A stretch of DNA of 63,895 nucleotides, counting the filler, from Folioceros fuciformis (lineage: Eukaryota), in NCBI GenBank assembly GCA_049999805.1. It is 7 parts of 7 records of this genome, joined end to end, with 100 filler letters (N's around TTAATTAATTAA, not from the genome) between each part and the next. Parts side by side here need not be neighbours in the genome. Positions count along the whole stretch, not along the records: positions 40,970 to 52,502 come from JBNGIO010001069.1; positions 52,603 to 55,397 come from JBNGIO010001070.1; positions 55,498 to 62,756 come from JBNGIO010001071.1; 4 more parts are not named here. One strand, written 5' to 3'. The position numbers were made by a program, and so were the translations under genes. Position 1 is the stretch's first letter. Every line of letters begins with the position of its first letter. Below, piece by piece: positions 48,193-60,922 of the stretch. Under the pieces are notes generated by a model. It made no database searches, was not told where the DNA came from, and was given only the letters and a program-made list of their open reading frames with translations.

Positions 48193-51100
48193 TTAGAGTT
48201 TGGACAGAATTGGAGTCGTCGACCCTGAACCTTTCCCATGCCCTTCTTTCACATCAACTTCCGGTTCGCTCGGTGGAACATCCACGGCCGGGGAGCAATT
48301 AAAAAAACCATGCGGCTGGAAAAGATTCAACCAGAAGTCTAGGGTCAGTCTAGGGTTTAGAGTCTTAGGGTTCAATCACAAGTCCCGTAGGCACTAACAT
48401 GGAACTGAGTGGCGCACAATCAGACCCGACATGATCACTTACAACAATAGAGAATCCGATCCGCTCCACTGGCATGACTGGCCAATCCTCCAGCCGTGGG
48501 ACGTGGGTAACACCAAAGACGTACCTATACCAAACACTCCGTGAGATTTTCACCCCTCCTATGAAAACACAGGCATGCAAAAACACAACGGATGAACATA
48601 CCACAAAACAACGTCAGTTTCCTCTAGCTTCCGATCTTGTTGGGTCCAAGTCGGGAGACCCTCCCCAACCCTTGGATTTTGATTGGGAAATTCACCACCG
48701 GGGAAGCGTTCTTCTTTGTGGTACTGCGTTACCCATAAGTTGTGCTTCAGAAAAGCTGCACGCCTGAGAAACTTCGCATCGGGACCCGCTAGAGGTAGGC
48801 AGTTAGACCCAGGCACAAGCTTGTAGCCAGTCGGCTGGCCAGTCCGATTCACAGTTCTTGTGTTGCGAACCTGCGGACATGAATTGATTAACACGGGTCA
48901 AACTCTGTTTCCTCGAGGGTCAGAGAAGTGCGCAAAGAAGCAGTAACTCCGAAACTTGCAATCCAATTTCTTTTCCACAAGGGTCAGAGAATGGCACAAA
49001 GAAGCAGTAGATCCAACATTCACAATCCCTAAGGGTCAATCAAGTCCACGAGAAAGCAGTGAGTCCGAAACTCAAATTCCTATCTTTTTCCACAAGTCAG
49101 AGAAGTGCACGAAGAATCAGTGAATCCAACACTCACAATCCAATGGCGAGCAGCGAGGGAGTTACAATCCCTTTGGGCTTGCAACTCCGACTTCAGAAGG
49201 GTTTCCTCAGGATAAAAAGCATTGTTGTGAGGGTTCTCTGGTCCTGGCTCCTCAAGCTTCACATCCACTTCTACGACCTGCAGCAGCAGAAACACGAGGG
49301 AGCTGAGCACTCTCTCAGACTCCCACCAAGGTACTTGGAATTGAGGATCCAACAAAATCAGAACTACCAAGCAAACCAGCACATTAGGGGTTCAGTTCAC
49401 CCCGCAGTCCACCCACTCGAGTCCGCCGCTTTCTCTTGAGAAGATAAGGCCAAAATCTGACGCGTTCTAAATTGTAATACCTGATTCAGTCCTTCACCGG
49501 GTTTACAGTCGACAGCCATGTCAAGTCTTGCGACAAAAAAATGCTGATGCACAGGCGCATAAAGTCCTGGGGCTATAACAGTCCCATGTCTTCGAACTTC
49601 ACCTGCTCTGAGGGCACCAAGGCTAAGGATCCCAGTTAACTTCACCTCTGCCTCTATCCTTCCATCCTGGATCACGAGCATGCCAAACACAAAATCAAAA
49701 TCACAACCTGGCGATTGCGTAGACAATGTAACGTAGTCCACAACCTGGCCCGAGCAGTTACCTGGTAGAAATGCCAGAAAAAGCCATACTCGTAGTTGGC
49801 CACAGTGCAAAAGAATGATACTGTGAGCCGCCTTGACCGCCGAACTTCTGTTGAACCTGTCCTCCAATCTTGATGCTTCCACAGAATTCCGTGATCTTCT
49901 TCGTGCATGCAGACAACATTTTCAATAGTCTCAACACCACCATGAAAGTTTGTGAAGTGGGCATCGAAATATCGGATGTATCCTAGACAGTCACAGCCCT
50001 GCCAAACCAGACACAAACAAATGAGGTAATTGGTGTAAGCAAATATCAGATGCAGCTCCACAAGCCTTGCCCCCCAAATTGGGAATTTCCAAGCCTGAAC
50101 AATGGAATGACTAAAAGAAATGAGGATGAAGACTGTAGAATACTCTCACCTTCTTCAAAGAGTGCGCATTCTTTCCTAGCCCATCTTCTCCCGCATCAAA
50201 GGCGTTCTTCCGATAATTAGGATCATGTGGATCACCGTATGGCACAACCATTTCAACAAAACTCAATCGATGCGCAACAGATCTGCGTCCCCTACTGCCA
50301 TCATCATATGCAACAGTGTGGATCACAAGACCCTCTTTTGGTGTAAAGCCTAATCGAAAATTCCACTGTAATCCACAAACACAAGGGGGTCAGAATGCAG
50401 TAAAGCAACCACTGCAGTGTAATGGTCACAGGGGAAAAAAAGAAAACAACTTGGACAGTGGAACAACATGCCATCATATCCCACTTCAACGAAAACAGAG
50501 ACACTCAGGAGTTGCAAATACTACAAATCATACAACACCAACCTTCTGCCAGGCAACAGCGTAGCCATTCACTCGGAAGCTTGGACCATCTGGCTGAAGT
50601 ATATGCAGAGGTTTGATGTCACTGCGGTCTACTCCTCCACGGGACTGACCAGACGTGTAATTACGAAGAGGATCTGGCGGCGGTAATGGAACCAACTGCC
50701 TGTCCTCAAACTCTATGATTTGCATTTGTTGCATGTCAACCAGCACATAAATACCCTCCACAGGCCTAGCATAGCCGTTCTCGAGAGGACAATCACTCTC
50801 AGCTCTGCAATAAATAAGTGGCCTTGCCAGCCTTCTGCTAGGAGCGTCTTGCTCCCCGTAATATCCAACACACCTGTAATCAGAGAGAAACAAGTATGAC
50901 TGATGCGCCCAAAGAGCATAACCAAGGACAACTGCCAGAACTCTACTCAAGGGACTGGGCATACCATGGATCTACCATAACAAGATCCATGTCGTCTATC
51001 CCTCGTTTCCTCATAGCGTCAATGAAAGGGGGAAACTCCTTCACAGCAGCCTCGCACTCTGCATACTCCACGGCATCCTGCAAACCAAACACGAAGCATA

Positions 51101-52161
51101 CATAAGTCCGAGAAGCTCGGCCACTACCTGGAGACCAGCAACTGTAACTAGTTCATTAGCAAATCAGCCTAGACCATAAAAGCTGCAGTATGTGGAAAGA
51201 GTCCAACCATGGGAGGCTGCACATCCGGCACCACTTGGGAAGTGATGACTTTGCCTCGGTGATGCCCTCCTCGAGCAGCCGCATGGACCTCCGTCAGCTC
51301 CACGGTCCAGACACTAGTCTCGTTGGTCAGCTTGTTGTAGACGACGAGCCTGGCCTGCCTGGGAGGAAGCTGTAGGGGCATAATTGCTCCTCCCTTGCCC
51401 TTTGGCAGGATGAGAGTGGGCTGGTAAGGAGGAAAGAAGTAAGCATCTGCGAGCGCCACAACACTCTTCTCCGGCTCGTTGAGCACCACCTCGATGAAAC
51501 GCATGCCATCCCGCACCTGCACCAAACCACCCCAGCCAGTAGAGTGAAAAAACAGACAAACCTGGGTCTCCAAAGATAGTCCTGAAGCCGAAAATTCACG
51601 CACACAAGGATCACACAATATATCACCTCCGGCGTCTCTCCCGCAGCTCTGACTGTGGCGATGGCGACAGCAACCTCCGCCGCGCTGAGAGGATCAAGCG
51701 GATGCGCCGCTTGCGATCGCAGTACCAGCAATCCTGACCCTGAAATCCTCACAAGTGGAAAAAAAACAGACGCTTCAATTCCGTCGTGTCGTCCATCCCG
51801 TGCAGAGACGAGAGACGTGAGATGAGGTCAGCTAGCAACCTCCTTTGGCGGCGGATGCGTCGAGAGCAGGCGCGACGAAGGACGTGGTGGCGATGTCAAT
51901 TGTCTGCTCCGTGGGAGCTGTGGCGGCGGCGGCGGCAAGCTCGGACGAAGGAGACGGGGGCGGCGGCGGCGCCAAGGAGAGGACTACTGCGCCTCTTCCC
52001 TTCCGGTCGAGCCCGACCATAGGAGCTGCGGCACCGGCACCGGCAGCGGCACCAACAACGCCTTTGAGAGGAGCGACACTCTTTGTCGATGGTGTTGCAC
52101 GCGAATAATCAAAGGAGGGCGTCTTGCAGCAAAGCGCCGCCGGGTTCTGACGTGTGGCCAT
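48193..52161 (-). CDS. Peroxisomal copper amine oxidase (CuAO-zeta / N-methylputrescine oxidase clade); multi-exon
   Basis: [31 protein letters not shown] motif ANYEY, copper ligands HQH and [14 protein letters not shown]-terminal PTS1 -SKL. Confidence 0.95.
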
Positions 52162-52390
52162 TGGCAGGGATTGGCGAGCGAGGCGAGTCCCGTCCCCTTT
52201 GTCCCCCTGGACGCCCTATCAGACATACAGCGCAATGTCGGAGGAGCCTCCAGGTGTTGCAGGCTACGAGCTCAACGTGATGGAGGCGCGGAGAATGAGA
52301 TGCTGTCGCGTTTATGTAGTCTCCGACAGCAGCGTCTATCCTTGGGCCTCGGCCACTGTAGCAAGCTACTATTTGAGGAGAAGGAAGAAC

Positions 52391-52417
52391 CGGCTCGGCT
52401 CGGCTCGGCTCGGCTCG
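52391..52417. repeat. (CGGCT)5 microsatellite upstream of the amine oxidase
   Basis: cggctcggctcggctcggctcggctcg. Confidence 0.85.
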
Positions 52418-52502
52418 TGTCGTCAACGTTCCAATTTGCAATTGCGAAGCCCGAGGAAGAGGAAGAAAGCAGGAGACGGAGCTGGGAGCAGGAGGAGGAG
52501 GG

Positions 52503-52602
52503 NNNNNNNNNNNNNNNNNNNNNNNNNNNNNNNNNNNNNNNNNNNNTTAATTAATTAANNNNNNNNNNNNNNNNNNNNNNNNNNNNNNNNNNNNNNNNNN
52601 NN
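52503..52602. other. Artificial contig spacer
   Basis: 44N-TTAATTAATTAA-44N. Confidence 0.98.
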
Positions 52603-55028
52603 CACTAACATGGCCTCTTGATAACAAGAGGACTCCCCACAATCCGTCAGCATGACATAATCAAGAGATGCAATATACCTGTCAGGAGGATGTGAAATCC
52701 TTCTTGACCTACGAAAGCACAGGCACCTCGACCGGAGCTGGTTGCACTCTCTTCTTTTACAAGTAGAGGAACGGGTTCCTGCACATCACGACAAATGTGC
52801 ATGACGGACAAGTCCATCTTCTTGGAAGACCACTCGACGCACCTCCACAGTTGGGGTAGGCTTCTTGTGCATCTTGTTCTCATTGAAGAACACGTCATTG
52901 CTGCAAACAACCTTCTTGGTTTCTGGATCCCATAAACGGTATCCCATCTCACCAGAGTCACCATAGCCAAGAAAAATACATTTTCTGGACTTGGGTGCCA
53001 ACTTGTCCCGAAACTCCTTTGGAACATGGTAGTATGCCTTGCAGCCAAACACTCGTATATGCTTGTAAGACGGCTTCTTTCCAGACCACAGCTCCTCTGG
53101 AACCTGCTCATCCACAGCCTTATTGACAGATCTGTTAATCAGATGCACCGCAGTAGACAGTGCTTCTGCCCAAAATCCGTTAGGCAATCCAGAGTTTGAC
53201 AACAAACTACGCATCCTCTCCTGTATGGTCCTGTTCATCCGTTCAACCACACCATTATGGGAAAGAGTATACGGGGCAATCAATTCTCTCTTGATTCCCT
53301 TGGAATCACATAATGATTGGAAAGCCTTTGAGACGTACTCTCCACCATTGTCTGTCCTTAGACACTTTAGTCGGAGGCTAGATTGATTCTCCACAAGGGT
53401 GACGAATTTCTGAAATATTGTTGGAACATCGTCCTTTTTTCCTTAAAGGATAAACCCACACCTTGCATGAGAAATCATCTATGAAAGTGACAAAATAGGA
53501 TGCACTGCCTACTGATGCAGTTGGCATAGGTCCACAAACGTCAATGTGAACCAATTCAAGAGGGTTACTTTTGTGTTTACCTTTTGCTCCTTGTGGTGAT
53601 TTTGTCTGTTTCCCATACAAACAGTGCTCACACACGGAGAAATCGGAGAAGTTAAAAACAGAGACGTAACCAAAACGAAATAAGATCTTCATTCCTTTTT
53701 TAGACATATGTCCTAACCGACAATGCCACAAGGAAACATTTGGCTGTTCCGTTACACAAATCACATGATCCTTGATAGTGGTTACCTGAAGTGAGTACAA
53801 AGTGCCACACTTCGATCCACGCGCTAACACAAAAGAACCTTTGGAGATCTTCCAAGAATTATCCCCAAACCAATAGTGGTAGCCAGCGTCATCCAATTGC
53901 CCTACGCTAATAATGCTTTTTGTCAACTTCGGAACATGCCTAACATCCTTCAGTATGAATGAAGATCTGTTGTCAAACTTCAGCTGCACATCACCGACGC
54001 TTGCAATCTCGCCTGCGTAGTTATTTCCAAGTCGAACACATCCTTTCCTAGTAGCATCATAGGTGTTAAACCAGTCCCTATGCAGAGTAATATGGAAAGA
54101 TGCTCTAGAGTCAATTATTCAATTAGAGAATAAGTAACTATCCACGCTTGTCAATTGTGTAGAATCGAAGGAAGAAGAGATAAGAACATCTCCATCATCA
54201 ACAGAATTCACCTCGTCAGACTTGATACTCGGACTTGCCTTGTTGTCGTTCTGCTTCCTCTCCTTTCTTTTGTCCTTCTTGAAGTTCTCGCAGTCCCTTA
54301 TGATGTGACCCTTTTTGTGACAATGATAACATTCAACATTGTTATGACTAGGAGATTTGCTACGGGAAAGGTTTCGCTCCTTCTGCTTCCCCTTTGAAGT
54401 GGACCTTCCTCTCACTATGAGGGCATTGGAACCTTTCGAAGTTTCCATATTCTTCCTATTCACCTCTTCTGTTAACAGACTACCTTCTACATTTACAATG
54501 ATGAGACCACTAGCATGAGCGAAATTACTCAGAGTTGTACGAAAGGTGTCCTAACTCTCTGGTAATGTGACCAACAGAAACATAACTCTCACGGAATCTG
54601 GGAACAAGATACCTTGAGATGAGAGTTGGCTAAAAATGGTATTGAACTCATTCAGATGATCAAACATCCTCGTCCTTTCCTTCATCTTTAAGTCCACCAG
54701 CTGTTTCAACCAGCACACCTGAGAAGCCGCACTTTGCTTTTCATACAAGTCACACAACTTCTACCATAGCTCGTAACTTGTGGTCTTGTCTTTCACATTG
54801 AAGTAGACCAACTTTGACAATGTTAGCATAATGGTAGATCTAGCAAGCTCATCTAAATCTTGCCACTCATCTTGAGTCATGCTAACAGGTTTCACACCTA
54901 GCAACTTTATGGGCTTGATCTGCTTTTTCTACACTAGAACATTATACACTTGTTCTTTCCCGAACGGAAAGTTAGTACCATCTAACTTCTCGATATTGAA
55001 CATAACGTTTATTGAGGACGTCATCATT
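52603..55028 (-). mobile_element. Degenerate Ty1/copia gag-protease-integrase region
   Basis: IEKLDGTNF gag start, CYHCHKKGHIIRDC knuckle, LWHCRLGHMS..CEHC, ELVHIDVCGP, LRTDNGGEY, NGVVERMNRTI; stops and a frameshift near 53420. Confidence 0.93.
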
Positions 55029-55397
55029 CAAAATCGATGCAAATCAAACAAAAGGCTAGTTAGAAACGGTCTGAATGTAATGTAGATTCTGAAAGTTACC
55101 CTCAAGCCTTATTTTGCATTGGCTGACACAACTTGTAGACCTCAAACCATCGCACGAGTCTATCCACAATTCAGGCCGACATGACGAGCCCAAGTTTGAT
55201 TCTGGCCCGCCTAGCGTTGGGAGACTAATCCAACCGTCTACGACCGAAATTTGGTCGCTCACGACTGGAGTGTCATGTCCTGCGATTGAGATCTGGCCGC
55301 CCGCGGCTTTGAATCCAACCACACCACCTAATGGCTAGGAGCCTCGCCAGGGCGGCTTGGGCCTGAACCCGCGACCGGGATCCGGGCTGCCCCACGC

Positions 55398-55497
55398 NNN
55401 NNNNNNNNNNNNNNNNNNNNNNNNNNNNNNNNNNNNNNNNNTTAATTAATTAANNNNNNNNNNNNNNNNNNNNNNNNNNNNNNNNNNNNNNNNNNNN
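55398..55497. other. Artificial contig spacer
   Basis: 44N-TTAATTAATTAA-44N. Confidence 0.98.
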
Positions 55498-55959
55498 GGA
55501 CAACCACTAGGCAAGGAAGCTCGTGGACTTAGGCTAGGAAATAAGGAAGTCGTGACTCAGCAATGGTAGGGGAAGGTGAACCACCGTTGTGGAAGGACGA
55601 CTGGTGGTGGAGCTTCGGTGGGTAGTGGAACCCCAGCGGCCGGGCAAAGGAAAACCCTAAGTAGGATCAGGAGGGTCCGGGGGTGATTTCGAAAAGGGAG
55701 CGCAATCGAGGAGTCAGGGAGCGGAAGTGGTGGATGGTACGTGAGCAGAAGACGGGCAACCAGAGCGAAGGCACGGTCAGGCACAGTGGCTGCTGAGCAA
55801 GACAGGAACAGCGCGGACATCAACCAACCGAGGGGAGGTGCGGTGTCAAGGAGAAGACTGAAGAAGATGAAGAAGGAGGGAGTGGCTGCGGAGCTAGTGT
55901 CGGCGGCCGTGGCCAGGGACGCAGAACAGGTCCTTGTGCCCCCAAGTGGAGGTCGCGCT

Positions 55960-57760
55960 CTGGCCGAACATGGATCACTGGAGGGCTAGTGGAGGAGCTA
56001 GGCCTAAGGTTCATGGTCCAACGGTGGAACCATGTGGCACCTGCCTTGGTGCAGGGGTGTGGACGTCGGCTGAGAAGCCCGGCGAAGGGGGAAGGAATCA
56101 GAGGGAGTCCTCACGACTGGAGTGTCGAGCTGGTCCGAACCGTGTATGGGCGCAGCCAGGAGGAAGCCAGAGGACTGGTAATAAAGTCCTTGAGGAAGCG
56201 TAGCACCACGGCAGCAGCAGCGGCGCTGTTCAAGGCGAGGATAGGAAGGGAAGCCAACGGCTAGTTGGCATGAGAGATGGTGACTGCCCACCTCATGGGG
56301 TTGGCTAGGTGGCTCCTGTGTTTCCTACAGAATAGGAAGCAGGACTACTTGTCGAACCACATGCTTTTGTTTCTGCACGAGGTGGTCAAGGGCAGCCGGA
56401 TTGATTGGGGGAAGATCATTTATGATTGATTGAACAAGGAGAGACAAAACTTGACCTCCTCCACTCCCCGCGCGTCGATGATCTCACCATTTCTTGTGCA
56501 TTTGTATTGTCACGCTTACAGCTTACTCGAGATCGAAGTCGTTGCCTCTTTGCACATGTGGAAGCCAGTCAGGGAAGTTAAGTGGAAGCCGGAGGAGCCA
56601 AAGGAAGAAGCCAAATCCAGCAGTTGGGAATTAGGGGCCACGGGGAGCTCAGAGGAGGAAGCAACGGCCAGCAGGAAGCGGAAGGTAGGAGCAAGGCGAA
56701 AGACCCCTGCGAAGAAGAGGAAGGTGGGTGGCCGAGCTGCCAAAATTACGGGCGAGTCGGCGCGGTAGAAGGTTGTCCAGAAGGTGGTTACAAGGCACTG
56801 GATGCACCTTAGGAAATGGTGCGAGGAGAGGAAGCGGGCCTGGCTGAGGTGGCAGGCAAGTTAGGGCAAGCACAGGAGGAAGAACCCTTCCCAGGATGGG
56901 AAGGGATTTTCAAGAACGTTCCTCTGGTGACCAGGCCGCAGGAGGAGGATTTGGCCAGAGTGCGCATGCTACTGGGAAAACAAATTTTGGATAGAAGGAT
57001 GGCTACCGAAGGCACACCACAGCAGGTGGATTTCCCAGGCCTGACTGCGGCCATGGTGCGGGCACAGGTAGATATGCTAGACCAAGCTGCAAGGGTGCTG
57101 ACCTGGTTGAGCATGTAGGGGCAGAAGGAAGCGGAGGCACAGGTTAAGCTAACTGAGGCCGAAGTGAGTTGACAGTAGCTGGAGGAGATTCGACAAACCC
57201 TGAGTGCAGCCAAGGAACAAGCGGAAGAAGAAGCACGCCGAGCTCGAGAGGAGATGCAGATGCTGAAGGAGCAGCAGGAACTCCTCCTGGCTCAAGTCAG
57301 GGAAGCCCATGGAACCAACCAGGAATTGTTGAGGGCCCAGGAGCAAGAGGCAACTGCAGTGGACAAAGTGCAAAAACTGGCGAACAAGTATAAGCGGGAA
57401 TAGGACGAAGCTCGAAGCCAGGTGAAGGGAAAAGGAAAGGCTAAGCAAAGTAGCCGGACTGCGATGGAGGTAGCCGAAGAGGCTACTGGTCAGAGAGAGA
57501 CCATGCCGGTAGAGGGAAGCCCGACCAAGGTAGAAGAGGCAGCAACCATCGAGGAGCCCGCACCCGGCAGAGCTAGGATGGCAACCCGCACCAAGAGGAC
57601 GGGGCAGGGCGAAGCGACAGCTAGGGGGATGGAGTATCTCCCAGTGCCACTAGAGAGTAGAAGAGAGGCAGTTCAGGATAGCCATGAGAGGAGGGGGAGG
57701 GACAAGGGCCTACTGCCTGCAACTGAGGACCCATAGGGGATCATTCTTCCATTGTTGTTA
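55960..57760 (+). pseudogene. Decayed retroelement accessory ORF (coiled-coil C-terminus), likely gypsy-associated
   Basis: Long purine-rich coding-like stretch (IDWGKIIYD, SPFLVHLY, coiled-coil segments) broken by TAG/TGA stops; lies before a PPT/LTR-like boundary. Confidence 0.45.
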
Positions 57761-58020
57761 GGTGTGGGGATTGCCCCCTTACTATTCGAAGGCAATCATG
57801 GAAGAATTAACGGAGGAGGAGGCACGCGCATGGGTTGAGCGAGAGCCCGTGATGGTCCTCAGGAACAGGCGACTAGAGGGAGGGAAGAGCACCCCTCGAC
57901 GGGGCCCACCCACGCCGCCACTGGAAGGGTCAAGCAGCAACGGTGAGGTAGAAATCCTGTGGGAGTATTTGTCTGACCAAAGGCAAGGGAGGAGGGCTCG
58001 ACGTTGGCGGGCGAGAGGAG

Positions 58021-59356
58021 CGCGACGACCAAATGAGAGGCGAGCGCGACAATAAGATAGGCCATAGTTATTGCATCTTAGAATAGAATACTATAGAATC
58101 TAGAGAAGATGCTTTCTTGGACCTGATGCCGCTCATAATTAAGATCACCCACCTATCCGCAGACTAGAATTAATGGCGGCTGCGGACCCGCCATCATGTA
58201 CAAGAGACCTGTTGGCGCCTCACTGAAGCAGCTAGAAACTGACATTCCAACCCGAGGAAGCTTCGACAGCCGCTGCCGGATAGGGAGATCCGGGCAGGTG
58301 AGTGCGTGCAGCGTTCCTGGGAGGAGGTGTGTGCGACTTCTCTGCTCCACGACGAGTGGTACCGGGGATGAATCGATGGGGGTTCTCACCGAGTGGAAGG
58401 CCAACTTACCCTCTATTCCCAGTAATTTGCGTTGTGTGTCGCAGTAGAACTGAAGGGGAATGAATCTGCCCACTGTGCGGAGTGGAGGGAGAACAATCCT
58501 TCCCTTATTCCCTGGATCGACGGACTGTGGCTTGTGGTTGAGGTGAGGGGGACGAATCCGCCCGTGAGCGGAGTGGAAGATGGGGTGCCCACTTCCCTTA
58601 TTCCCTGACTCTTCAACTACTCTTCCAACACAGTGATGAGAAGTGAGTGGAGGAAAAAATTGACTGTGCATTGTTGTTAAGGGAGGGAAACGAATCCGCC
58701 GACTGTGGAGTGGAGGGAGATTTCCTCCTTTCCTTATTTCCCGACTATCGGCTGCAACTTGGATTTGGTGTTGGTGTGAGTGAGTGTTTAAGTTGTGATC
58801 GTGTGAGAAGGCGAAGAGAGGAGAAGCGAGTGAGGCGAGAGGGAGAGTGAGTAACGCTGTGTCTGCGGAGAGGGAAACGAATCCGCCGATCATAGAGTGG
58901 AGGGAGCATCTCTCCTTCCCTTATTTCCCAAATTGTTGGTTGCGGATGGATATGCTGAGAGGCTGAGTGTTTGAGAAGAGTGTTAAGGTGGAGACGAGAT
59001 TGCTAGGGAATTCCGAGACGCTGTGGAACGTTGTTAAGCGTCTGGGACATGAAGAATCACTGAGAAAACATTGGGAAATCATGGACGCTATTGATGGTCG
59101 GAGACTTTTGGGAGTGAGTTTATGAGGAGTAAACTGTACGTGAAAGATTTGGTGTGTGCTGGGAGTGCTGTGTGAGTGTGAGGTGTGATCGCCCGCGGAA
59201 CTGGTTGATTAAGTGTGTGTCTGTGGTTCTGAGGAGGGATCAATAAACCCCGACCCGCAACTCAAGGGGGTTATGGGCAGAAACCTGTGGGCAGAGACTC
59301 GCGGTGGTACCCGCGCCGACATGCGTTAGTTAGGGCTTTGGGTGGGTCCCATCACG
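58021..59356 (+). mobile_element. Probable LTR containing an array of structured repeats
   Basis: Preceded by purine-rich GGCGGGCGAGAGGAG; ends CGCGACG...CATCACG form an imperfect inverted repeat; boundaries uncertain. Confidence 0.4.
58364..58929 (+). repeat. Five dispersed ~58-nt imperfect repeats with internal self-complementarity
   Basis: Copies at 58364-58420, 58455-58513, 58547-58606, 58685-58742 and 58872-58929. Consensus GGGRAYGAATCCGCC-N-GAGTGGA-N-TCCCTTATTYCC. Confidence 0.85.
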
Positions 59357-59682
59357 GTAGCGGAACCCGCTGTCGGTTGTGGAAACCCCAACTAGTCGTA
59401 GAGGTGCTAGTGGTTGTGGGGTCCCCAACCCCGGTCATAGAGTAGGAACTAGAGTCGTAGAGTAGGGTCCATGGTAGCTAGGCTAACTGAGGGGTAGTGG
59501 TAGCTGAACTGGAAGGTAGTAGAAGCGGTAGTGGATAAGGTCTGACCTAGGTAAGAGTCAGTAGTAGAAGAAACCGATGTAACTTGGCACAAATCATTCC
59601 CTTGGGATCGAATCCATGGCTACAATGACATAGAGAGTTTGTGTGGACCTCGCAGTGTCCTCGGACACAATATTTTCCTCCA

Positions 59683-60535
59683 CACTCCGCAAGAACCAAA
59701 CTTGGGAGTTGGTTCAGTTGCCTAGGGATAAGAAGGCATTGCCATGCAAATGGGTGTATAAGATGAAGGTCATACCCCATGATGGCAAACCCAAGTACAA
59801 GGCACGATTGGTTGGTAAGGGTTTTAAGCAACAACAAGGTATTGACTTTGATGAGATTTTCTCACCAGTTGTGAAAATGACCACTTTGCGATGTGTTCTT
59901 GCTCTGGTTGCGAGGAATGACATGGAACTTGTCTAGATGGATGTGAAGTCAACATTTCTGCATGGTGATCTCCAAGAAGAGGTATACATACAGCAACCAT
60001 AGGGTTTCATAGAGAAGGGCAGAGAGAATCTGGTGTGCAGGTCAAAGAAGAGCCTTGTGGTTTGAAACAAGCACCCAGAGAGCGGTATTACAAGTTCCAC
60101 TCATTTATGCTTTCTCAAGGCTACAAACGTAGCGATGAGGATCATTGCCTCTATACGAAGTAAGTTAAGGATGGAAGCTTGCTCATTTTGGTTCTCTATG
60201 TGGATGATATGCTAATTGTTGGGAAAACAGTGATGAGATTTCAGCGTTGAAGTCAAAGTTGAATGCTTGCTTTGACATGACAGACTTGGGAGAGGCCAGC
60301 CATATTCTTGGCATGCGTATTCGTCGAGACAGACATAAGCATTTACTTTACTTATCTCAAACTGAATACATTAACTGGGTGCTTCAACGTTTCAACATGG
60401 AGAAGGGGAAGATATTGAGTACTCTGTTGCCTCCATATGTGAAACTTTCGAGCAAGGATTGCCCAAGCTCTGCAAAGAACAAAGTTGAAATGGAGGAGGT
60501 TCCATACTCATCAACTGTAGGGAGTTTGATGTATG
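59683..60535 (+). mobile_element. Ty1/copia reverse transcriptase remnant
   Basis: KNQTWELV, CKWVYK, YKARLVGKGF.Q..GIDFDEIFSPV, MDVKSTFLHGDL, LYVDDMLI, DLGEASHILG, PYSSTVGSLMY; stops and frameshifts. Confidence 0.93.
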
Positions 60536-60922
60536 TTACATCAAACTCATCAGGTTACTAGCTCCCTACAGCTGAGTTGTAGGGAGCTAGTAACCTACAG
60601 TTGATGTAGGTCTATTATCATTTGTTTAGATTAGCTTAAGCTAATCTTTAGGAAGCTTCTTGCGCAGCTTCCTATGTGCTTCTTATGAAGCTTCCTTGAG
60701 AGCTCTTCCAGAGGGTATAAATACCCTCTTGAGCTCCCTTGCAATTTAGAGTGAGACAGAGTGTGAGACCTCGCTTTCTCCTCTTCTCCTTGCTTTTTGC
60801 TCTCCTCCTTCACCATGTGGCTCCCCTAGCAATTTGTCAGTTCCCACGAAGGAGCGATGGGGTTCCCCGCTGCTATGGATGGAGGGACAGACTCAATCAA
60901 CTCGATATCGAATTCAAGGGCT
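60534..60922 (+). mobile_element. LTR-like sequence interrupting the copia RT
   Basis: RT homology stops at TGTTACA (60534); GGGTATAAATACCC TATA-like box at ~60712; continues into the repeat shared with 35392-35652. Confidence 0.5.

Noticed and set aside
21243..52161. Metabolic cluster of NAT transporter, NEF1, lipase-like gene and amine oxidase
   Set aside because: The genes lie on different contigs joined artificially and have no shared pathway.
58364..58929. CRISPR-like repeat-spacer appearance
   Set aside because: Repeats are degenerate, spacers vary from 33 to 129 nt, there are no cas genes, and the context is plant retroelement DNA.
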